DNA of 53,803 bases, the filler included, from Malassezia furfur (taxonomy: Eukaryota), in the NCBI GenBank assembly GCA_052055015.1. It is 2 parts of 2 records of this genome, joined end to end, with 100 filler letters (N's around TTAATTAATTAA, not from the genome) between each part and the next. Parts side by side here need not be neighbours in the genome. Positions count along the whole stretch, not along the records: positions 27,012 to 53,803 come from JBQJIT010000121.1; 1 more part is not named here. One strand, 5' to 3'. Both the position numbers and the translations under genes were made by a program. This document shows, in pieces, positions 45,256-53,803 of this stretch (the first letter of the stretch is position 1; each line of letters begins with the position of its first letter). The notes beneath the pieces were generated by a model, which had not been told where the DNA came from, ran no database searches, and saw only the letters and a list, made by a program, of their open reading frames with translations.

Positions 45256-46920
45256 CTAGGATCGCCTCTTGCGCTTTACAGAAAGTACTCGAACCGGCGC
45301 ATCGGCGCGCGCGTCCGAGGGGCCGTGCGCGTCCGCGTGGCGCTTGCCGAGCGCAACGACCTCCGCAGGGACCGCGCCGAGGTCCACCGTGGCCCACGGC
45401 CGCCGCTCCGCATCCGATGCATCAGACTCGGATGCCTTGCGTCGCGTCGCACGGTCCAACGCCGCGAAATAGTTCGCCGTGAGTCGCACCGCCTCGGCTG
45501 CGTCGCCCCAGCGGCACGCGTCCTGTAGCATGTACTTAAGCACGAGTTCCTCGAGCATCGACTGCGGCAACGAGCCAGGCTGCGGCGCCGGCGCCGCGCG
45601 GTGCGGTGCAGCAGACTCGCGCGCCGCAGCCACGTCGGCGGCCGGTGCCTCGTCGGCGACCGGTGCCTCGTCGGCAGCCGGTGCCACGTCGGCGGCCGGT
45701 GCCGCGCGTGCGTCCGCGTCGGCCGCGTCGGCATCGCGCACCGTCTCTGGCTCCTTCGCCTCGTTGCGCCCACTCACGCTCACGACAAACACACCGACGG
45801 CGTTGCCCGACGAGCATTCCTGTCGGAACCCCATACTCTCCCAAAAGCGGTCGACGTCCAGCCGATCGAGTGCCTGGCGCTCGAGCATCGCGTCGCGGTG
45901 CGCGGACGAGATGCCGGCGACATGGTCGCCGGCCACGCGCTTCCCAGGCTCATGGGCACTGCTGCACAGCTCGTTGATGAACCGGCCTTTGGGGTCGTCG
46001 GGAAAGACGGGGATCAGCGTCGCAAGCGACACACGACGCTGCGCCTCGTTGGCGTGCACACTGCGCTGCTCCTCGCCGCGGGGATGCAGCGGCAGCGCCG
46101 GGCGCACCGCCTCGCCGGCGCCCGCAGGACTGTACGGATGGCCATACACCCACCCCGCCGCATGCACCGCGGCGTCGCGCCCCGTTGCTGCGCTCGGTGC
46201 GTCTGTGGGCACGAGCGGCACGAGCGGGTGCGAGTCGAGGCGCGCATACCCTGGAATGAGGTAATACGCGTGGACCTGATCGGTGGGGTGCGCGGCGCGG
46301 AGCTGCTTAATCGCCTCGCTGAGGCACGCGCGCCACCACCGGATCAGCGCCGCGTCCGACAGCGCGCGCTTGCGCGGGTTGTCCGGCGACGAGGGGAACA
46401 GGTAGGCGGCCTGTGCGCGCGCAAGAACATGGACCGACACGTGCGTGATATGGGGCATAGACCGCCAGTGCGTGCGCGACGCAAAGTACGCGACGGTCGC
46501 GGCGGTGAGCGCCGTCGCGATGCTCGGCGCGTCGCGGTACGTCTCGGGGAGGTGCGCGCGCTCCGGCACGACGCGGGGGCCGTAGCCGGTCGAGTCGAGT
46601 TTCGCAACATAGAACAGGCCGGCGCCGCACGCAGGCAGTGTGTACACGTAGCACTCGATCGCATACATCATGCGCTCCTCGCCGCCCGTAGGCGTCCACG
46701 TCGCGGTGACCACGACATGCTCCTTGTACACGGCAAGCGCGTCCGAAGCGCGCGACGCGTGCCCATCCGTGGGGTGGATGTGCGCAAGCGGGTACAGCGA
46801 CCGCACGGGGTACGGGCGGCTGAACGACGTCTGCACGCGCACGCGTCCTGCCTCCTGCAGCGGAAAGGTGCGCTGCAGCGCGGCGGTGCACGCGCCCAGC
46901 AGCGAGTCGGACGGTGCCAT
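45256..46920 (-). CDS. RTT109: H3K56 histone acetyltransferase Rtt109
   Basis: YAIECYVY, YVAKLDSTG, ARAQAAYLFPSS..KRALSD..LIRWW, IPVFPDDPKGRF, FWESMGFRQECSSG. Confidence 0.93.
   Translation of the reverse strand: MAPSDSLLGACTAALQRTFPLQEAGRVRVQTSFSRPYPVRSLYPLAHIHPTDGHASRASDALAVYKEHVVVTATWTPTGGEERMMYAIECYVYTLPACGAGLFYVAKLDSTGYGPRVVPERAHLPETYRDAPSIATALTAATVAYFASRTHWRSMPHITHVSVHVLARAQAAYLFPSSPDNPRKRALSDAALIRWWRACLSEAIKQLRAAHPTDQVHAYYLIPGYARLDSHPLVPLVPTDAPSAATGRDAAVHAAGWVYGHPYSPAGAGEAVRPALPLHPRGEEQRSVHANEAQRRVSLATLIPVFPDDPKGRFINELCSSAHEPGKRVAGDHVAGISSAHRDAMLERQALDRLDVDRFWESMGFRQECSSGNAVGVFVVSVSGRNEAKEPETVRDADAADADARAAPAADVAPAADEAPVADEAPAADVAAARESAAPHRAAPAPQPGSLPQSMLEELVLKYMLQDACRWGDAAEAVRLTANYFAALDRATRRKASESDASDAERRPWATVDLGAVPAEVVALGKRHADAHGPSDARADAPVRVLSVKRKRRS
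45629..45700 (-). repeat. 18-bp coding tandem repeat x4 (APAAD[V/E]) in RTT109
   Basis: GCC(A/T)CGTCGGC..CCGGT units at 45629, 45647, 45665 and 45683. Confidence 0.85.
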
Positions 46921-46957
46921 GCGGAAGAAATGCGCGTGCGCCTCCACACCGTGGTGG

Positions 46958-48820
46958 ATGCGGCGTCTCGCGCGGGGGACCGCGGCCGGCCTGCGTGCGG
47001 CCGCCCGCTACCCGACCTGGGCCAACGTCGTGTACGCGCTCGCAGTGGGCGCGATACATGCGGGCGCCACGCGTGTAGACCTCGTCGTGCTCTTCGACGC
47101 ATGGACCGTCGTGTGCAAGGACAACGGCCGCGGTGCCGACGTGCTTCGGACCGCGTGCGACAGCGACTGGGCGTACGTGGGCCTACTCGACGTGGACGTC
47201 GCGCTGCGCACCGGGCACTATACGCAGCTGCAGCGCGACGACCATGTCCTCTATGCCGGCCCGGCGCCGGCACAGCGCGCGCGCCGGCGGGGAAACAGTG
47301 TTGCGCTGCACGACCTCTTTCGCACGCTGCCCGTGCGCCGGCGCATCCTGCATGCCGCGCGGCGCACCGAGCTGCGCCATACGCAGGAATGCATCCGTGC
47401 GCTAGCGCTCACGTTTCCGCACATCCACTTCACCCTGGCCACGCGCACGGCGCGGCTCGTGCGGGCGCCGCACGCCGCGTCGCTCCTTGAGCGTGTGCGC
47501 CGCGTGTGGGGCGCCGCGCCAATGTCGGAGACACGCACCGTGCATACCGTAGAGCGCATCGGGGCCTGGCGCGTCGAGCTCGACGGCGTGATCGGCGCGC
47601 TAGGCCCCACGACGGCGCATCAGCACGTGTCGCTCAACGGCGTGCCGGTACCACGCACGCCCGGGCTCGCGAGCGTGTATGCGCTGCGCGAGGCACGGCA
47701 CTCGGACACCCTGCCGTGGCAGAGCAGCGCCGCGTACGACCGGTTTGGCGCGGGCGACCGCTCGCTGCATGCGCACATTGCCGCGCTGCTCGACACCCGG
47801 CGGGGCGAGCTGCACCGCGCATTTGTGCTAAATGTGACGGCGGTGCGGGTAGCCGGTAGGCAGGCCGGGAGGCTTCCGCGCGACTGGTACGCGCTGTTCG
47901 CCATGCTCCTGGCGCCGCACACGCCGCGGCGTGCCCCGACGGCAGCTGTGGCCCGTGCGCAAACCAGCCGCTTCTTTGCGCCCAGCGCGCGCATGCCGCG
48001 ACCCGTATCGATGCACCGCACACCCGCCGAGGTACAGACCCTGGCACCCGTTCCCCCTACCGCGCTTGCGCATGCGCGCTTTGTCGCGCAGGTGGACGCC
48101 AAGTACCTCGTGTGTGTAAGTGCGCCGCACGGCCTGCTGCTCATCGACCAGCACGCAGCCGACGAGCGCGTGCGCCTTGAGGCGCAGGTGACGCAGCACG
48201 TCACGGCATGCCTCGAGGCGCACGCCCACGGCACGACGGCGCATATGCGCACCTGTCGGCCTGTGCGCATCGAACGCGATGCGCTGCGCCTCTCGGACGC
48301 CCACCTCCGCCTGGTCCGGTTCTGGGGATTTCGAGTGCATGGTGCGCAAGCATGGACCGTGGATGCGGTGCCTGCGCTGCTCGACCGCCTTGCGCGTGAT
48401 CCGGAGCTGCTGCGCCGCGCGCTGGCGGCGTTTGCCGAGCAGGCCGTTGAGCCCATCGAGGCATGGCTCGCGACGCTCGCGACCGCGTCGCGCACCGGCG
48501 CAATTGCGGCGCTGCGGCACTGGCCAAGCCTCGTGAAGCACCTTGTCGTGACGCAGGCGTGCCACCAAGCCATCCGTACGTGACCGACTCACACAGGATT
48601 CCAGCAGCGCCTGACGGACGAGCAAGGCGCGCGGCTCGTTGCGCAGCTCGCCGAGACCGCCTTCCCACTGCAGTGTGCCCACGGGCGTCCTTCGGTGGTC
48701 GCGGTGCATGCGACGCTGGGCCGCGCGACGCACGCCATCGACTGGGCGTGGCTCGCCTCCGATGCTACCCCGCATCCCGAAGCCGCCGCCCTGGCGCCCC
48801 CGCACGATCACGTGCCGTAA
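46958..48820 (+). CDS. MLH3: MutL homolog Mlh3 with degenerate ATPase domain
   Basis: DNGRG, DLFRTLPVRR, AQVDAKY, IDQHAADERVRLE, ACHQAIRF and FPLQCAHGRPS after removing intron 48576-48596. Confidence 0.88.
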
Positions 48821-48856
48821 AATTTGTGGTCGCGCCGCGGCCTGTTTTCCGGCGGC

Positions 48857-49466
48857 ATGGACCTGACGAACCTGCGGGAGAGTCTGGACCACACGGCGAA
48901 CCAGCCGGGCGACTCGCTGCGCCATGCATACGACGAGAAGCTAAACAGCGAATTCCGAGGTACGTGGCTCTACTGACGCAGTCGCGGCGCTGCAGCTCAC
49001 CAACTTGTACAAGAGAGGACTGGAAAATACCCACGACGCACTCCAGTCCGGCTATGCGCTCGCCCTGCGCGACATGCTCGACTACGTCCGGGGCCGTGGC
49101 GCCAACAGCAGCGGTGCGGACCTCGAGCGCTACCTGAATGCGCGCCTTGAGACGCTGCAGCATGACGCAAACGACGTCGCGAACGAAGCGCGCGCGACGC
49201 CGACGCCCAAAATGCGCCGCGCGACACGCACGGCATCGCACCCTGCGGCGCTGCAGACGCCGACGCGTTCGAGCCGCTCGGAGCGGCTCGGGACCAAGGT
49301 GTATGCGGACGAGCCCAAGACGCCGGCGCCCGAGAGTGCGGCGCCCGACGAGGCGCCGGCGTCGGATGCGACGCCGGACAGTGCGGCGGGCGTGCGGCCG
49401 CGCAAGCGGATACGCCCTGTGCCGCGGCGCCGTGCCGATGCCGGTGTAGACGCCCACATAGAATGA
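48857..49466 (+). CDS. Small conserved protein, HAPSTR1/C16orf72-like N-terminal helical domain
   Basis: Spliced (intron 48960-48981) FRVAALQLTNLYK..GYALALRDMLDY resembles the F..AA..(V/L)T.LYK..GY..AL.D motif; basic C-terminus. Confidence 0.55.
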
Positions 49467-49648
49467 CACGATACCCGCCCTGCGACCCCCCTGCGCCCTG
49501 CGCGCGCGGCGGCCCCTGCCCCAGCCGCGCCCTGGGGTCGCGCATGAGCACGTGGCCAGCGGGACCTGTGGAGGCTGGGGCCGTGCTTCGCGTGCGAACG
49601 TGCGAGCCGCGCCTGCTTCTCCCTGTACCGCGTCGGGGGCTAGGCGCG

Positions 49649-52600
49649 ATGCAGTATGTGGGCAAACTTGTGTCCTCTGTATACAACACCATCACGCCCA
49701 ACATCAATCCGTCTACACTGAATGGCGCGATTGATGTCATTGTGGTGGAGCGCGAGGTAGAAGTCGAGAAGAAGGTGACGCAGGAGGATGGGACGGAGCG
49801 CGTCGAGAAGCACAAGACGACCGAGCTCGCCGCGTCGCCGTTCCATGTGCGCTTCGGGAAGCTGAGTGTGCTGCGTCCCGACGAGCGCAAGGTGACGCTG
49901 CACCTGAACGGGTCGCCGGAGCCGCTGCCGTTCGCGATGAAGGTCGGCGAGAACGGCGAGGCGTTCTTTGTGATGAAGATTGACGACGCGGCCGAGGGCG
50001 TGCCGCAGGCGCTCGTCACGAGCCCGATCGTCGGCCCCGCGTCCGAGTCGAGCTCGCCCAAGAACCCCGAGCTGGAGCCGCTGGATCTGGGCGTGTCGGA
50101 GACGTCGCAGGCGACGTCGGCGGCGGCGTCGCGGCCGGCGTCTGCGCCCGCGTCTGCGCCCGCGTCCGAGAACGGCGAGTGCGACACCAGTTCCGACTCC
50201 TTCCCCGCGCCGTTCGGCTCGGGCACGCAGGATGTGCCGGCGCTCGAGCTCGAGAATGTGCCGTCCGGCGGCGACGAGGAGCTGCACGCGAGCAAGCAGG
50301 GTACGTTTTGCACGCTGACGCAGTGGTGATGGACTTGCTCGACATGGACGGCTACAAGGTCACCGAGCACAAGCAGCAGCACGCGCTCGCGCAGGGCCAG
50401 CGCTTCGCGAACGAGATGCCCCTCGCGAAGCGGCACGGCGGCAACGGCAGCCTCGGGTACGGCGAGCGGCTCGACCGGCACCGCCCGCGGTGGAAGCGGC
50501 AGCTCATGGCGCAGGTCGCGCACCCGCTATCGAGCGCGGACCTGACGACCGACGTGCCGCTGCGCCCGGGCCACTCGCGGCGCGCGAGCGATACGTCGCT
50601 GCACGTCACGAGCGACGGCGCCGCCAGCGAGCCGGCGGGCGAGCGCCCGTCGCTGCCGGTGTCGGTGAGCGACTCGGAGCTGGTGCCGAACGCGCGGTAC
50701 ATGTACGAGACGCCGCGCGGCGGCAACGGGCGCCTGGGCGGCGACGGCCTGCGCGACGACGAGGGCGCCGGGATGAACTCGCTGCCGGCCGACGGCGACC
50801 AGCTGATGGGCAAGCTGGCGTGTGCCGAGAGCGACCCGTACGTGTTCCAGCTTCAGATGGACTCCAACACGCTGTACACCTTTGAGCTGAGCCTGTGCCA
50901 CCTGCCCGAGTTTGACGAGGCAGACGCGGCGCAGCGCCGCTACCTCTTTGACGAGGCGCGCGTCTCGTTCCAGCGGTTCCTCGAGGACAAGTCGATCGTC
51001 GACGACGCGCGCCTGTGCATCCGGCACGACGACACCTACCACACGTGGGTGTCGAACGTCGACATGTTTACGTCGCTCGCCGCCTACCGCTCCGCGCTGC
51101 TGCACGCCGACGAGGCGAAGAAGGACGAGGCGCCCGCCTCGAAAAGCTCCGTGTGGGCGCGCCTGTGGGGCAGCAGCAGCAGCAGCGACGCACCCGCGCG
51201 CAAAGGCGCGCGCAAGCCGCAGCCGGGCGCGACCGATGCCGGGAAAGACACGCCGGCCGTGGAGCCGCTGCGCAAGGCGATGAGCGACCTCGCGATGACG
51301 GCGTCGGCGATGATGCCCGAGGCGTCCGCCGCATCCGAAGCGTCCGAGGCGTCCGAGGCGCCCGCCGCGTCCGCCGCCGCGTCCGATGTGCCCGGTACCG
51401 CGTCCGAGGCGCTCGGGACGCCGCCCGCCGACGCGCCCGGCGACGCGCCGCCGCCCGCCACGGAGACGTACGTCAAGACGCTGCGCTTGACGTCGGACCA
51501 GCTGAAGCAGCTCAACCTGCGCAAGGGCGCGAACAACCTGACCTTCTCGGTCACGTCGTCGTACTCGGGCGTCGCGACGTGCCGCGCGCGCGTCTTTTTG
51601 TGGGACCGGCTGCACCCCGTCGTGGTGTCGGACATCGACGGGACGATCACCAAGTCGGACGCGCTCGGCCACGTCTTTACGCTGATGGGCCGCGACTGGA
51701 CGCACCTCGGCGTCGCCAAGCTGTACCACGACATTGCCAAGAACGGATACCGCATCCTCTACCTCACGTCGCGCGCGATCGGCCAGGCAGAGATCACGCG
51801 CGACTACCTCACCAACATCAACCAGAACGACTACCACCTCCCGGACGGCCCCGTGATTATGAGCCCCGACCGGCTGATGGCGAGTCTGCACCGCGAGGTG
51901 ATCCTGCGCAAGCCCGAGGTGTTCAAGATGGCGTGCCTGCGCGACATTGCGCGCCTGTTCGGCGACGACCCCAACAAGCCCAACGAGACGCACACGCCCT
52001 TCTACGCCGGCTTCGGCAACCGCATCACCGACGCACTCAGCTACCGCAGCGTCAACATCCCCTCGAGCCGCATCTTTACCATCGACGCAGAGGGCGAGGT
52101 GAAGATGGAGCTGCTCGAGCTCGCGGGGTACAAGTCGTCCTACCCCAACATGACCGACCTCGTCGACCAGATGTTCCCCCCCACCCGTGTCACGCACCCC
52201 CGCGACGCCGAGGCCGCTGCATACACCGACTTCAACTTCTGGCGCACGAGCCCCGCCGAGGTCGAGCTGCCGCCCGACGAGGAGCTCGTGCCGGTCGTCG
52301 TGCAGCCCAAGTCGCCGTCGATCCGTGCGCTCCGCAGCCCACGCAGCGCGTCGCGCCAGAGCAGCATGTCGCTCCGCTCGCCGCCGACGCAGGCCGCCGA
52401 CGCGGAGCGGCCCGGGCGCTTCTCGCGCTTTGGGCTGCCGAGCCTCGGCCTGAGCCGCCGCAAGGACAAGGACAAGGACAAGGACAAGGAGAAAGACAAG
52501 GGCAAGGGTAAGGGCGACAAGGACAAGGGCGACAAGGACAAGAACACCGACAAGGACGCCCGGCAGACGCCGAGCCCCGAGTTTGGCCCGCGCTCGCTCG

Positions 52601-53017
52601 AGAGCGACCACGGGCTGCTGCCCGCCAGCGTGCTGGCCTCGTCCCCGAGCGCACGCAGCGTCGGCGGCAACAGTGTGGTGTTTGACGAGCCCAAGTCGCT
52701 CGGCAGCGACGACGGCCGCGACGAGAAGCGCAACGACAAGGACGAAGACGAGGCGGCCGACGACGACGACGACGACGACGATGCCGACGACGACGACGAC
52801 GACGCCAACGAGGACAACGACGACTGGCGCCTGTCGCCCGCGGCGCCGGCGTGGCGACCGCGCCAGCTCGCCGAGCCTCGCGCTGTTCCCCAGCCTGTAC
52901 GACCGCACGGAGCGGCGCAAAACCCTCACGGAGGAGCCGGCCGCGCCCCAGACGCCCGACGCCGAAGACGACCCGCTGTTGGCCGCGGGCGATATCCAGT
53001 TCGAATGGCGTGGCTAA
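49649..53017 (+). CDS. PAH1: Lipin / phosphatidate phosphatase (Pah1/Ned1)
   Basis: N-LIP (INPSTLNGAIDVIVV, SPFHVRFGK, MKVGENGEAFF) and HAD motif SDIDGTITKSD. Intron 50301-50323. The 3' end is ambiguous (53017 via a +1 shift, 53040 as written). Confidence 0.93.
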
Positions 53018-53020
53018 ACT

Positions 53021-53803
53021 CTATCTGTACATGCGTATAGCCCCCCGATCCGGGCCATTATAGACCAACCCCGTGCGATGCGGCGACACGACGCGCCGCG
53101 TCGCACTCGGCGCCGGCCAAAACTCGTCGTCGCGCGCGCGTGTGTGTTTCGGCGGGAGACTGTGGGGCCGGTGGCTCGCGTGCACCACCTCTTGGCCCGC
53201 GGCGCGCGCCGTCGCACGCAGCTGGTACGACGCGGACGCCGCGGCGTCCTCGGCGTCGTCGTCGTCGTCGTCGCTGTCGCCCATCTCCCACGAAGCCCAC
53301 ACGCGGCCCTCGTGCGGGCGCTCCGGCCGGCGCCCGAGATGCGGCAGCGGCACGACGCTGTATCCCACCGCGTCGGGGCGCCGCGGCAGTGTATGAAACG
53401 ACTGCGACGCACGCACCGCCGCATCCGCCGACGACGCACGCGACGCCGCCGCCGAGCCGGGGTGCGAGCGGCCGCGGTCGAGGTCCAGCACACGCAGGCG
53501 GCCGCGCTCGCGCGCGGGCGACGCATGCTGCTTGTCGTGCTTGCGCTCGCGATGCACATGCGCGAGCGCCTCGTTGCCGAGCGCAATGACCTCGGACTCG
53601 TACCGCCGCTGGATCTCGTCGGCGGTGACGGCGTGCGGCCGGCGCGAGGTGGGCCGCGCCGTCGCCTGCGTGGGCGTCGGCGCCGTGATGTAGATGTCGG
53701 GCATCGAGAACGCGGCGGTCGGTGCGCCGTGCGCCGGGACCGAGGCCGAGGCGGGCTCGGCCGCCCCCGAGGGCGCCACCGGCCGCGTCCCTGCGGCAGT
53801 GGA
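53021..53803 (-). CDS. Uncharacterised protein, 3' part (frame open to window edge)
   Basis: Open frame with GC-ending codon bias and a PDIYIT motif; no recognisable domain. Confidence 0.55.
   Translation of the reverse strand, partial: STAAGTRPVAPSGAAEPASASVPAHGAPTAAFSMPDIYITAPTPTQATARPTSRRPHAVTADEIQRRYESEVIALGNEALAHVHRERKHDKQHASPARERGRLRVLDLDRGRSHPGSAAASRASSADAAVRASQSFHTLPRRPDAVGYSVVPLPHLGRRPERPHEGRVWASWEMGDSDDDDDDAEDAAASASYQLRATARAAGQEVVHASHRPHSLPPKHTRARDDEFWPAPSATRRVVSPHRTGLVYNGPDRGAIRMYR

Noticed and set aside
3623..48820. Chromosome-segregation gene cluster (MIS18, cyclin B, BRN1, SPC25, H1, RCC1, RTT109, MLH3)
   Set aside because: The genes are interspersed with unrelated ones and split by an artificial join; enrichment cannot be shown in a compact housekeeping genome.

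Overview
This is gene-dense, GC-rich fungal nuclear DNA, not prokaryotic. The tiny GT-AG introns, compact spacing and gene content point to a Malassezia-like basidiomycete yeast (inference, not a database match). The window joins two contigs through an artificial 100-nt spacer (44 N, TTAATTAATTAA, 44 N; 26912-27011), so adjacency across it is not established. About 30 protein genes were reconstructed by hand-splicing, in order: a bHLH factor, DCP1, MIS18, cyclin B, CSN5, MSC7-like ALDH, LCB2, RPL24, RAE1, GUF1, phospholipase B, a histidine phosphatase, DGA1, BRN1, SEC1, partial PAT1, SPC25, an ABC1 kinase, a DHA1 MFS transporter, ECH1, ELP1, ValRS, histone H1, RCC1, a nucleolar FKBP, RTT109, MLH3, a HAPSTR1-like gene, PAH1 and a partial unknown ORF. 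No tRNA, rRNA, transposon or CRISPR was found, and no clearly new multi-gene system. Most notable observations: (1) 28 of 36 inferred introns are only 21-29 nt; (2) RAE1 has no usable AUG and appears to start at GUG; (3) MLH3 has lost its ATPase motifs but keeps its endonuclease motifs; (4) the one long intron (RPL24, 410 nt) folds into nested long-range helices; (5) MIS18 carries two AT-hooks; (6) CACGTG E-boxes recur in very short promoters; (7) PAH1 shows a +1 frame break near its 3' end.
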